Source: Oculina patagonica (taxonomy: Eukaryota). From it: a DNA stretch of 64,000 nt. The DNA is taken from assembly GCF_052425735.1 (NCBI RefSeq), contig NC_135771.1, positions 4,526,001 to 4,590,000 of the forward strand, given 5' to 3'. The notes under the pieces were generated by a model, which was not told where the DNA came from, searched no databases, and was given only the letters and a program-made list of their open reading frames with translations. Shown one piece after another: positions 1 through 12,700 of this stretch; position 1 is the first letter of the stretch; each line of letters begins with the position of its first letter. A program made the translations under genes and the position numbers.

Positions 1-45
1 CTTTGTTTTAAGTCACTGGTGAGTTTCAGAGGTTCTTACACTGAG

Positions 46-308
46 AGGGGTATCAAATGGTCTTTGCGAGCATTTGCGCGCATGCGAGCACAGCGTTTTT
101 CTTTGCGAGCACGAACATTGACAAAAAATAGCCTTGCGAGCAACGAGCACTTTTCAAAAAGTAACCCCACTTAAAACCGAGCATGCGAGCACTTGTAAAA
201 ATTTGCGAGCACGAGCAAACGAGCACCCACTAAAATTTTGCGAGCATTCCGAGCAAAAGCTTAATTTTGCGAGCACTGCGATATTTTGAGGGACCATTCA
301 TGACCCCT
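46..308. mobile_element. MITE-like element with internal GCGAGCA repeats
   Basis: Imperfect TIRs AGGGGTATCAAATGGTC / GACCATTCATGACCCCT; flanking direct repeat ACTGAG. Confidence 0.7.
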
Positions 309-550
309 ACTGAGGTTTCCCCGAATTTTGTCCTTTGTGGATTATGGATTAATGGATTGCCTTTTGCAACACGATCAAGTGTGCTGTAAGTTTGTATCAG
401 TATTCATCAGTTTTCGGTGTTCGTTCTGTACTTTGGTATTTTCCTGTTTTGCATTTTAAGTTGAATCAAACAATTGCAAAAGAATATATTTATCAGACAA
501 CACAATCAATTTGAGGAATGTTTCCAAACAATAAAGAAGATGTCGCAAAC

Positions 551-754
551 CTTAAAACGCGTGCTTTGACCAGATCCGTATCTTCGGATTCTCATTCGGT
601 TTCCAAGAGGCGCACGTGACTTCTGGACAACACGTGGACTGGTCCTACGCCATGGTCCGTTGCACATGTCAATAGTGACCACGTCATTGTTCTCACGGAT
701 AGCCACACCACAGTTACACACCACTCGCCAGCAAGGCCAGATACGTGCATGCAC
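551..754 (-). CDS. VWD domain exon (VWDE-type)
   Basis: 204 nt; VHARIWPCWRVVCNCGVAIRENNDVVTIDMCNG, matching the VWDE-type FEVH.R.W.C..CNCG..E..D.V..DMCNG pattern. Confidence 0.88.
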
Positions 755-3700
755 CTAAACAGGAACACACTGGGTTAAAGACATTTTTTTCTTCAAGAAA
801 TAAATGATTTAATGTAGATTGTGAGTAATCACCTCCCAGCTTCCGATAAAACAAAACTTCCTGTCATCCGGGATAATGCTTTATGGGGTTTTAGCATGAA
901 AGAGAGGCCAGCGTGAATTTAACCCTCTTTCGCTGATGTTCTCAACAAGCCGTCTCAGTCAAAGTAACACACACATACTTTAACAGAAAGTTGTGATTTT
1001 CGATGTTCACTAAGTGCAAACGCCGCAACATTATCTCACAAAAGACTTTCCTTAAAACGTCATTACCCAGACCTATACTCTCATAGGCAATAGTTCTCGG
1101 TCCGTATAAGCGGTGCGCAAGAATTCTGCCAGTAAAGTTAAAAAAAGAGTAACCGTACCTCGAAGTTCCTCCTCAAACTCTTTACCATAACGTAAGTTCC
1201 AGCGTTCCTCAAAATGTCGTAATACCTAAGATAAGGACAGCACACAGTTGAATCAGTAACTAGTTATACAGAGAAAACAGTATTTACAAGTATTGTCCAT
1301 CAGTTTTGTCCATAATTTTCGAAAGTTTGTATTGTCCATTTCCATTGTCCATCAATTTCCTAAAGCTTTTTTATACTTTTGTATTGAGTTTTTTACCTGA
1401 CATTTAATTTTGGACTGTTTTGAGAGGTAAATGGTTAAAATCAAGATTGACTTACTTGTTATCAAACGTTCGATAATGTGGATCTCCAGTTCCTTGACAT
1501 TTCTTGGCACCCCTGTTGGACGTTACGACCTAGAAATCAAATCAAAAATTGTTTGGATGAACACGATGCACACATAAAAATGCTTTTTTCATTGTTGTTG
1601 TTAGTATAAATGTAAAAAAGGCACGGTAGAAGGAAATTGAGTCATTCTTAAGCCCCTGGCCAGCGGGGGTTACTAAGTCACTGGATGTCAGCAGCTTGCA
1701 TGTAGTTCTATAAAAAGGTCATCTAACTTCCACCATAACTATCACGAGAATAATTTAACCTGAAATAAGCCCCCCAACTATTTGCCCGAATTGTAAAACC
1801 CTTTTCTGTAGGGTTTGTGTGGTGCTTTATGCCATCACAGTATGTTCATAGACTTTTGATGTCCGTTTCAAGACTGCAGAACAGAACTTGCTTTTTTTAG
1901 AATCATTATGTTATGTTTTTAAGAGTTTTGATTTTCGGCTTTTGATAACCAGTTACGGCGCCCAGTATTCTTTATTCAGGCGCAAACAACCTTCCAAATT
2001 TAAGGTCAATTATTTATGAAAAGCAAAATGCCACACCAAAACTTAAGGTATTGGTTTTTTTTTTTTTTTTTGGGTTTTTTATTTTTTTTACATGTTAAAT
2101 CAATTACTTACCCTGATTGGGGGAAGTCTATATCCCTTCCAAAATCCACAGAGCCCAGGTGTGGACCTTATAGGACTGAAGTGAACTCGGATATTTTGTC
2201 TTCTCAGCTTCCTGAAATCTCGCACAGGTTTAACATAAAATCCATAATTCTTCCTATTTCTTTCTGTCAGCGTCATTCGGCACCTGTCAGTCACGAAACG
2301 CGTGTGAGATTGAAGCTTTACAATAACAGCACATCTCCTGCGACCGTGACATCTGATTGGAAGGAAACTGCGTAGTTTGATTAGTTTCCAACCCGACGCG
2401 TCCGTCATTGAAAGCGTCTTAGGGTGAACCTGCAAAAAATAATACAAGTGAATTAGAGAGATGAAAAATTAATTTCTTCATCGAATCACACAGCACAGAT
2501 ATAACTCGCATGTTGATTTGCTATCGAAGCGAGGAATTCTATTTCGACACCAGTCCTACTCACTAGTGAGTCACGTAAAACATGCGCAAGCAACTCGAGC
2601 GGTCGGTGTTATTTTTCGACAATGGGGAATAAAAACGACAGATTTGCCAAGGAGGTGGAGGACGACCTACTCAAAGACGATCAAGATCCGTTGTGTTGTT
2701 TGTTTACGCTACGCATCATGAAAAGAAACCAAAGGAATTAGTCTCAGTAAGAATTTTTTTTAAAAAAACTGTTGAACGTAACAAGAAAATAGGATTACTA
2801 TCAAAGGGAAACAAGGATAAAATTTCATGATAAAAATAAAAAACGTTACTCTGGTTAAAAATTGTTATAAAATGTTCGTAAAATGTCCGAAATGTCCCAA
2901 CGTTTCGGCTTAAACTTAAGTCTTCATCAGGGGAAAGTGATAAGTGAATTTACAAAAATAAATATTTATTTCTTAAGATATGCGATTCCAGGAAACTCAC
3001 TCAAATAACCGATTTCGTGTAATGCCGTATGGTGCGATATCGGTTTGCGTGAAATTCACTCCCTGTGCAATGAAATTTCTTGTATCAGTACACAGTCAAG
3101 TAGACACTAGTATGTAGAAAATTACTAAGGAAATTTATTTCAAGCTAAGTATTGAAAGGTGCGATTTAGACATTACCTTGATGCCTGTGAAAAGGTCTTT
3201 ACTTCTCGTGTTCATCGTCCAATCCTTTCCACTGGAATATCTTGCCCTTACTCGGCATGCGACCTTCAAGAATCCAATGCAAAAGCATTACATTGTTATT
3301 TAGATTACAAGACGAGAAGAAATGATTAGCCAGTAAGAAGTTATTTATCACTGTGCAGGGTTGGGCAAAATATCGTTCTTTGTCATTGTTCTTCCAACTG
3401 AGCTTTGAGGCCACGCATCAGAAGAAGGGCAATTCAGTGCGAGTTCTTATTTTCCGTGAAATAATAGAATTGTACTAGAATTGATAATCGTGACAATAAA
3501 CGAAATTTATTTGAAGCCTTGGTGAAGCACACAGCTGGGCGAAACAAGAATTCATATTTGAACTGCAAAAAGATGTAAAGAGAAGAAATGATCCTTGCAG
3601 AAAAATTGCAATTTAAAAAATTACATAGAAAGAAGCCTGAAAAAATTCAGGCTTCAATGGTAGGATTTGAACACGCGACCTACGCGATACCGTTGCGATG

Positions 3701-6700
3701 GCTCTACCAAACGAGCTATGAAGCCACACATTGGGAGAAAGGACCCATTAGTTAAATGTTCTAGTCTAAATCAAAAGGCCAAGTAAATCTACAAACCGTT
3801 GTTCCAGCTTTGAAGCCATACGTGTTCTCCAACAGCTCAGCATGAGTTCCACGTACAGTTTCAGTTTTAGTCACTCTCTTGTTCACAATCCATTGCACAC
3901 GTGCTATAAATCGACTCTTTCTTCTTCCCCGGATGTTAAAGTAGCAGCGGAGCGCAACCTTGGAGCAGCCACGGCCAGGTTTAATGACAGCACGGACGAC
4001 AGGTCGGGAAATCACAGGATAATCTGACACATGTCAATCAATCAATCAATCAAATAATNNNNNNNNNNNNNNNNNNNNNNNNNNNNNNNNNNNNNNNNNN
4101 NNNNNNNNNNNNNNNNNNNNNNNNNNNNNNNNNNNNNNNNNNNNNNNNNNNNNNNNNNNNNNNNNNNNNNNNNNNNNNNNNNNNNNNNNNNNNNNNNNNN
4201 ATTAAAATGAATCAGCTTATTAATTATGATGAAATATCTATGCGTTTAAAAAAGCCGGCTACGTCGTAAATAGTGAATCTTGCAGGATTAAAATCGACCA
4301 CTTCGTTTTTATTGAGTTGAGCTTTTCCGTTAAGTCTTTTCATCCTCACCTGCGCGACAACCATACACCTCAACTCTCATAGATATATGAGCGTGCCAAG
4401 ATCTGGGGTTAAACCTTACAAAGCGTCCGTTAACAGCTGGGTCGATTGGTTGTTCTACCAGTGAGAACCTGTCAAAGTTGCCTCGGAAGAGCTGAATATT
4501 AAAAACAACAATTCTTTGTAAGTCATGACATACATAAAATTAAGATGTTTTAACAAGCCTACCCCGAAAATAACCCTCCGCCACGTCATTTCAAAAAGAC
4601 CCAAAAACGCGTCAAACATACCGCCGCCAGCACCAATAAAAGCCCAGTACATGTATTCAGACTTGCACCTGAAATTTTTCAGACACAAATTCCCTTTCAA
4701 AGTTAAGTACACCCGTTTTTCGAAACGCAAAATTCATTCCAGTAATAACACTCACAAAAAGCCTTTCGAAAACAAGCGCAATAAAAAGAAAAAATCACCC
4801 GAGGGTTTTGACGTATATTCAGAATTTGACAGTGCGTTTGATGACACTCTTGCAAACTTTGAGCCTTACGATTCAATATTTTACAAAAATAACACTCTAT
4901 TTCACAAACCTTAATCTTTCCTCCTTCCTTGATTGGCAAGAAAGTCCTTCCATTCTGACTGTAGTACAGATAGTAGTTCCTGACAAATTGGTTTGCATCG
5001 TACCTCCCCTGAGTGGTGACTTTTGTTATCCTGGTGGGTCCCCTAAGGTCGATCTGTAGCCATTGGTTACGGTCATTACGTCTTGCACACCACGCGCCCA
5101 CGAGACGACCTACACGTCTGTAAATGTCATAACAAAGATTATTTTAACTTAGCATTCAACTATAATTTAAGATCATAGCAAAACCTATCTTGAAACTCAC
5201 GTACCTTTTGGTACCTTGTCAAGAACCTTGCGTTTTTTGTCAGAAATTGATTTTTAAAATACAGACTTCAAAACGATTGCCCAAAATTCTTTAAACTTAA
5301 ATTATGATTTGTAGCTTTTTTCTCGCTTTGTTCCATTCCCTGGCAGCTCAAATATAAAGTCCAGTGTGTATCGACGTCCTTAAAAATGCAAGTCCAACTG
5401 TTTCTTTATAGATGCAAGGGCGTTAAAACTATTTCCCTCGAGCGTGAAGCAAAAAGAACGGATTTTCCACGGCCAATTTTCAACTCGCGCTCTTTCTCTA
5501 TTCGCTTCACCCTCGGGACTAAGAAAAGAGGGACTGCTCGCAGTTCAAGGGAAGTGACAGGCAAAGAGCTTACTTGTTGTTGAGCCGAGCCCGAGTTGGA
5601 TTATGGTTTTTGTCCCACTGTGAAGAAGCTCTGATAGCATGGTTTGGAATACGGCCACTTTGCATTCCAAGAGGTTGGAAGCACATACGGAACATAGCTA
5701 ACAAAGATACAACAAATACACAAGAATAAATCAGTTTAGGCACAAATCATTGATCGAACTTTTATGAAGCAACTAAAGAGGCAAGAATAAGTAAAAAATT
5801 AAAAAAATGGTGCCCTTTTTACGTAGCCTGATGCACAAATCTGATCGATTCTACCATTGCTTTTTGTTCGCTGATAGAACACAATTATGCGCGCGTTTTT
5901 CTTAGAAGGGAAAATTGTTCTTTTTTTTTGGCTTAAAAATACGTAAAATTGTAGCTTTTGGACTGCAATCCTTTATAGTGTCTACTATAACCATGAGGCT
6001 TCTCTCCCGAGGTTTCTTTGAGCAAAAGTTAAATCGGCTGCATGCGCTTCGTTGACTATTCGCTCATAGAAAACTCGGGCTCGCAGTCAAGTTGTTAAAT
6101 AAAATAAAGCCAACAAAGTGCACTGACACGTCAAAACAGTGCTTTCAAAGCCTCATGCAAAACGACTGCACGACCAATCAGTGCGCGGGTTACACGGTCG
6201 ACATTTTATAAACGTGAACAGCAATACTTTCAGACGTTCACGGGAAAGCACTCTTTGTAAGTGAAATAAACAATTTCACCTTTAATGAGAACAATATGTT
6301 TTGATGTTTGTTTGGTTTTTCTTACCTTTATTGCAGCCATAGAGTTCTACTCGCATAGAGATATGACTACGCCACTGTTTGGGATATACACGAACGTAGC
6401 GAGCTTGGAAACTGGGGAAGAGGCGATTATAAACAACAGTGTTCCTATCGCTGTTACCAGGGAACATCTAAGAAGGGAAAAAACACAATCAATTAATCAA
6501 TCAGTCAGTCAGTCGGTCATTCAGTCAGTCAGTCAGTCGGTAAGTCAGTCAGTCAATCAGTCAGTCAATCAGTCAGTCAGTCAGTCAGTCAATCAGTCAG
6601 TCAGTCAGTCAGTCACTCAGGTCAGTCAGTCAGTCAGTCAACAAAACAAAACAGAAAAAATCAAATCAAATCAGGGGTAACATATCTTTGAACGATGAAT

Positions 6701-9700
6701 TCCCCACCCCCCCTAACACGGAGGAAAGCGTGTGAGATCGACAGAAAAAAAATCGATACTGATGACGTTGCTCTACAAAGGACCATGAAGAGTCTCTGAT
6801 TGGTTGTTGATTGGTTTCCAAGACACTGAACGGTATGAAATTTTACTGGTCGCATGGAGAGAACTAAGTTTAGGCAGAAAGCTCAAACAGGATGTTCAGA
6901 AAGCAATTTGGCCACTTACGAAGCAATACATGACCAAGAAAAGGGTTCTTACTTCAAAGTGTAACAAAAAGCATGCAGTTCCTACCTTAACTTTTCTGTT
7001 GATGGCGTAGAACTTGAACTTATTGCCATACAAGCCGTAGCTAATCTCGTATTTCTTCACCCATTGGTTGGCATCGTATCGACCTTGCGTTGCCACAGCA
7101 ACAACCCTTGTCACCTGACCAAGGTTTATCTGAAGCCACTGGAATACGTTGTTATATTTCGATGACCAGGCACCAGTGCCTCCGCGGTTGAGGATATTTA
7201 ATCGGGCTCTGTACGGACCATGTCGCCAATCCCACATGGATGATGACGTCATGGAGTACTTTGGAATACGCCCATCTTCAAGACCCAATGGAGCCCCGCA
7301 TGCACCTGTAGAGGAATAAATATACATTACGATTTCTGCTTTCCTTCATGCTAAGGGCTGCTTCACAAACAGTCAGCCCAAGCTTACAGTTTGAACTTCA
7401 TGTAGCCGTCATGGCGATTGTATTTATAGATTTTGTATGAGAATTTCACTTCAGTTCTCGAAATGCTAAATACAACAATGAGTGTGGAAATAAACTTCAC
7501 TTACCTCAATGTGGGGTTGTTTTTTGTGTCTTCTGTGTAATACAGGGTAATCTAGGGCCATTTGAGGCGAGTTTTTTATTTGGTCACTCTTCGGTGTAGT
7601 TTCCTCTAAGAGATCGTGTAGTTCCTAGAGAAAACTACACTGAAGAGTAACGAAATCAAAAACTCATTTCGGAACTGAAGTGAAATTCCCATACAATGGC
7701 TATAAATACAATCGCCTTGACGGCTACATGAAGTTCAAATATTGCAAGCTTGGGCTGCCTGTGGTTCACACGAGCGATGTGAACCACAGAAAAAGTACGT
7801 GTGAACTAGGACAACGTAATCGCTTTAAGTAAGTAAGTCACAGTCACAAACAAAGACATTTTCACACAAAGACAAACAAAGACATTTTCACACAGCAGTA
7901 AAGAAACGCCAACTTTCGTTACCTAGAGCACAGCCAAAGACCTCGACTCGCATGGAGATGTGACTTCTCCAGCCCCACGGGTGGAACCGAAGGAAGCGAG
8001 CTCGAATAGACGGGATGATTGAATTGTAAACTATAGTGTGTCTGTCACGGTTGCCACGGAAATACTGTAAATAAAAAGTCAAATGTCGTTAAAAAAAAAA
8101 CACAAGCTAAAAACAACTTAGGGAACAGGTTACTGATAACAAGATTCCAATCCCACAAAATTGGTTCTAAATTGTTTACATCTATCCCCACAAAAGTGCC
8201 AAAAGTGATATGAAACATGCACTCAAGATAGAGATGGTGACACACAGACTTCAGAATGTGGGTCTGATATGATGCATTAATATATACCGTAGAATTCCGG
8301 TTATAAGCCCTGGGCTTAAACAACTTCGTAAGGGTTTTTGGGTGGGCTTATAAGCGGAGGGGCTTATATTCGGGAGGGCTTATAAGCGGAAGGAAAAAAA
8401 CGTTTCGAAACGAGCCTCGGGAGTGTTGATCGAAATACGTTTTTAAGTTAAAAACGCACAAAAAAGCAACATTTAGCCCTGTTCAGTACTGTCATCCGGT
8501 AGAGGGGGGCTTATATCCGGGGGGGCTTATAACCGGATGTATTTTTTTGTTTCCAAGATGATGGGCCTATAACCGGGGGGGCTTTTAAGCGGGGGGGCTT
8601 ATAACCGGAATTTTACGGTATATGTCTTTCGTGCATAACAGACATAAAAAAACAGGATCGGACGATATGTCAAGTAAATAATCTGTCATGTAATTCAGTA
8701 ACTACTGTTTTATTAGTCACTTCGGGCAAAAGATATATCCTTCATTTACCTTTAGAGCGAGGGTAAGACTCAGAGAACATACCGAAAAATTGATGTGATG
8801 CTTCCCCCCCCCCCCCTATATATTTGAATTCTCATGCTCATAGCATTGTGCTCACTATATAAATCAAACGGTAATCTGAGTGGTCTTACTATCAAAAATA
8901 AATTTCTCACCTTGTCTCTGGAGTTCTTCCTGTATCTAGCAAAGTGTACTCCATCCACACTGGATGATAGGTAGTATGTGGTCACCCATTGGCTAGCCAT
9001 AGCTCTACCCTGGGTACCAACTCGTATTATCTTCGATATTCGGCCAAGGTCTAGTTGCAGCCATTGATAACGATTGTTGTGCCTATGAATTAAGTTGAGA
9101 AAATGTTATATAAAGATTGTTTTTTAAGAATTACTTTTATAATAAAAACGTTGAGGCTGACATTGGCTTATAAGTTTATACTAAAGTTTTAAATAAGGCT
9201 GAGAACGCGTCGGGCATCTCTGTGTTTCTTGCTTCTCGTGAAGACAAAGTAACCGACATTCTTGTATGACATATGCTTCTTAGTACAGCTTACAAGGCTC
9301 TTCGATATATTTCATGGTCTATCCGAATTCGCCTTACTAAAATGCTATACTACCTTAAGAACGTTTTCAGGTTCAACTTTCTTTAATAAAACGGGGGAGA
9401 GAGGTCCGTGTAACGGCATCTTAATCGTGTTCTGTGCCCTGAGAGATTTTCCCCGAATGCAAAGATCAATTTTGTTTACAAGGAAAAAACAATAAAAGGC
9501 TTGTATAACCTGGCTGACCAAGCGCTTTGGTATCTGCCCATGCGTCGTGCATTAAGCCTGGCTAAATATGGACCATGATATTTATCCCACATGGATGACG
9601 CTGTGATGGCCGAGTTTTTAATGCCTCCCGTCATCATGCCAAGTGGTCGATTGCACATATGTCCTGCAAAAATAAAATCATCAGTAAACATGATGATTCA

Positions 9701-12700
9701 CAATATTAAACTAAATAAAGACTCCAATGAGAAGGAAAGGTTCTTCGCCGCATAATAATGACAGCCGTTTCTGAATTAAAAATCTAGATGAACGCCAGTC
9801 AAACTACTTTTTATCTTGTTAGGTCTGTGGATGAAACCTTAGTGTACGACCATTTAAATGAAAGCTATTGAGCAGTACTTTCATGTGATACTGTTTATTA
9901 TGTCGTACAAGGTTGTTCTTACTTTTTAGTATGTGGATGAAACCCAAGTGTGTTACCATTTAAAAGAAAGCTAATGAGCAGTACTGTTATGCAGAGATAG
10001 TTATTTTTCCGAAGTGGAAATTTAAGAATTTTTTTTATTGTTGGACTCTTTGGAGGTAACTGGCATGCCTACCTTTGCTACAGCCGTAAACCTCAAGCCT
10101 CATAGAAATATGACCATGCCAGGTTCTGGGATAGAGTCTTATAAAGCGAGCACGGATTGGTGACCTGAAGCGACTAACAACTACTAATTGTCTCTCAGAG
10201 TTTCCTTGGAACACCTGTTTTGAAAAAAGTGAAAGTCAGCAATTAGAGCCATAAGGGTAAGAATATGTAAAATAACATTAAAATTCCATTTTAATGCAGC
10301 ATGTATAAAACGTTCTTGGAAAAAGCACGAGTATATTTACACTCACACCTCAAAGAATTGCTCGTACTTGTGCTTTATTATATCGATTAAGTCGAATTCC
10401 CACAAACAACCATCCCTCGATAATGGTCATCTCACGATAAAAGCAAGAATTTTTTGTATTGACAGCGCACACATCCATAGACTTTACTCCTTTCAAAACC
10501 TCCTCCATGCTCGTAGACTCAGGGATAGTTAGTGGGGGCGAAACGAAGTAATAAATAATAATAATAATAATTTATTTCTAGTGCATTACATTAAAAATCT
10601 CAATGCCCTTACAAGTAAAAATATTTAAAATTAACCCAGCAGAAATCGTAGCGACGAAAGTTATCAAGAAAGGCGGACTAGGTCGCTACGATTTCTGCCG
10701 GATTTATTTCTTCGTTTCGCCCCCACTAACTGCCCCCGGGTCTCCGAGGATGAACCTCCTCACAACCACCATTTGTGTGAAACGGCCAGCTAAACAGTCA
10801 ACTCTCTCTAAGGCAGACACCGTCTGGACCAGCTCAACTGTCCGTCTTAGAGAGGTGTCCGTCTTATAGGGAGCTTAGTTACAGTAAAATGACTAAAAAC
10901 GGCAGGGACGGGACCAACAGCAAGTGTCCGTCTTATAGAGGTGTCCGTTAAGAGAAAGTTGACTGTAATACTGCTCCCGGCTGGTCATTGTATAGCGGAC
11001 CAACCGTAAATATCTACACTTACGCTTAATAACTTCACACCATTAAAACAGGAAAAATATGCGCGCCAACAAAACAACAAATATGTTTATCAATGACATG
11101 AGCGTCTTTGTAAGACATACCCTTGTTCTTCCTCCTTCCTTGTAGAACCGGAAGTGGAATCCATTCATTCCGTAGGCAATCGTGTAGCTCTTGACCCACT
11201 GATTAGCGTCATATCTACCTTGAATTCCAACCTTTATCACGACTGCTCGGCTTCCAAGGTCAATCTGGAACCACTGGCGTCTGTTGTTGTAACGTGCAAT
11301 CCATGAGCCAAACCGTGAACCTCTGCGCATGGCATTCAGTCTGCCTTGATAGGCTGCATAGTGAGCATTGTAGATTGATGATGCTGTGAAGGAGACATCG
11401 GGCAAGACGGCTGTCTTCCGAGCCAAGTGGGATGTCACAACGCTCTGAAACAAAAAAAGATATTTGAGTGAACTATTGTAACCTTCAAAAAGTGGTAATA
11501 AGCGATAAACAATTTTAAACTTGTCCCCTTTAATTCAGCCCTTTTAAGGATAGCATCAAAACCATTATCTGACAGCCAGTGACAAATATATCTTAGTTAA
11601 TAAATGTATTCAAGATTTTAGGTCCAATTCTTAGGTGCAGTCCAACTAAAATGATTGCGGTAGAGTAGTAGTGGAGTGAATCTTATAGTCTTCGTCCTCG
11701 ATGGCTGCAGTTGATCTTGTTAGAACAGAATTTATATACCATAGCAGAACCCAAAAAGCGGATAACCAATTACTATGGCGTCCTTATAAAGGACGACAAA
11801 ACTTGTGGCCCCTGCATGCTGGAGACCACCAGTGTTCTCTTAAATTGACAGCACAATATGAACATCTTGTTATCTGGATTAAAATTATTAGACACTATCT
11901 TTGGTCGATACAATATTTAATAGGGCTTAACTCATTACTGAAACTGATGAGGGACACATGATCTTACTCACCTGGAGTACAGCCATGCAGTTCAACTCTC
12001 ATGGAGATATGTCTGTACCAGCCGCGTGGGTGAATACGGACACATCGTGCTACTATTGGTGGAGTCAAAGTGCGTGTGACGATTGAAGCCCCGTCATAGT
12101 TTCCAACAAAGTACTACAAAAGAAAAAAGAAAAAGGAACATTATATTACCCCAAGGAACCTATTACCGCCCAGGAAATTAAGGCTGAATAAAATAACCAC
12201 GCAATTTCTAAAGTTTGCGTCAATTTCGTTCGCACCTTAATTTCCTTATTTTATCTTTTTATCGTTTGATTTAAATTTAAAATTCTGTCTTATCGATTAA
12301 GTAAATTAAATAAAATATCAGTTTTTTTTCTGGAATTTAAAATCATGGAAGAGATCAAGTTGATCTTTTCCATGATTTTAAATTCCTCCTTGAGCGATAT
12401 GGTTTTGTTCTGTACTCTACGATTTCCTGTTATCATCAAATAAAATGTTCTCTTTCTGTTTGTATAGGGAGGTAAAGTCTGCATACGAGCCTAGTGCCCC
12501 ATCAGGCCAAAGTTTATCCCGGTTTCCGTAGCATGAAGCGACTAGAAAGCATTTCTACTCCCCTCTGGATGGGATGCTAGTCCATCGCAGGGTTACCCCC
12601 AGCATTAAATTCGCCGGTACCCATTTATACACCTGGGTAAAGAGAGGAACTGTGAGAGTAAAGTGTCTTGCCCAAGAACATAACGCAGTGCCCCGGCCAG

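Noticed and set aside
3199-3414. ORF ending ...DDEHEK* as a terminal exon
   Set aside because: Wrong frame; the phase-0 exon 3177-3263 fits the splice sites, phases and VWDE homology.
4059-4200. 142-N gap equal in length to a B exon, possibly hiding an exon
   Set aside because: The flanking exons already join in phase 1, and a lone phase 0-1 exon would not fit; the length match is treated as coincidence.
6285-6680. Plus-strand ORF with QSVS repeats
   Set aside because: Translation of the (CAGT)n microsatellite plus the antisense of a discoidin exon.
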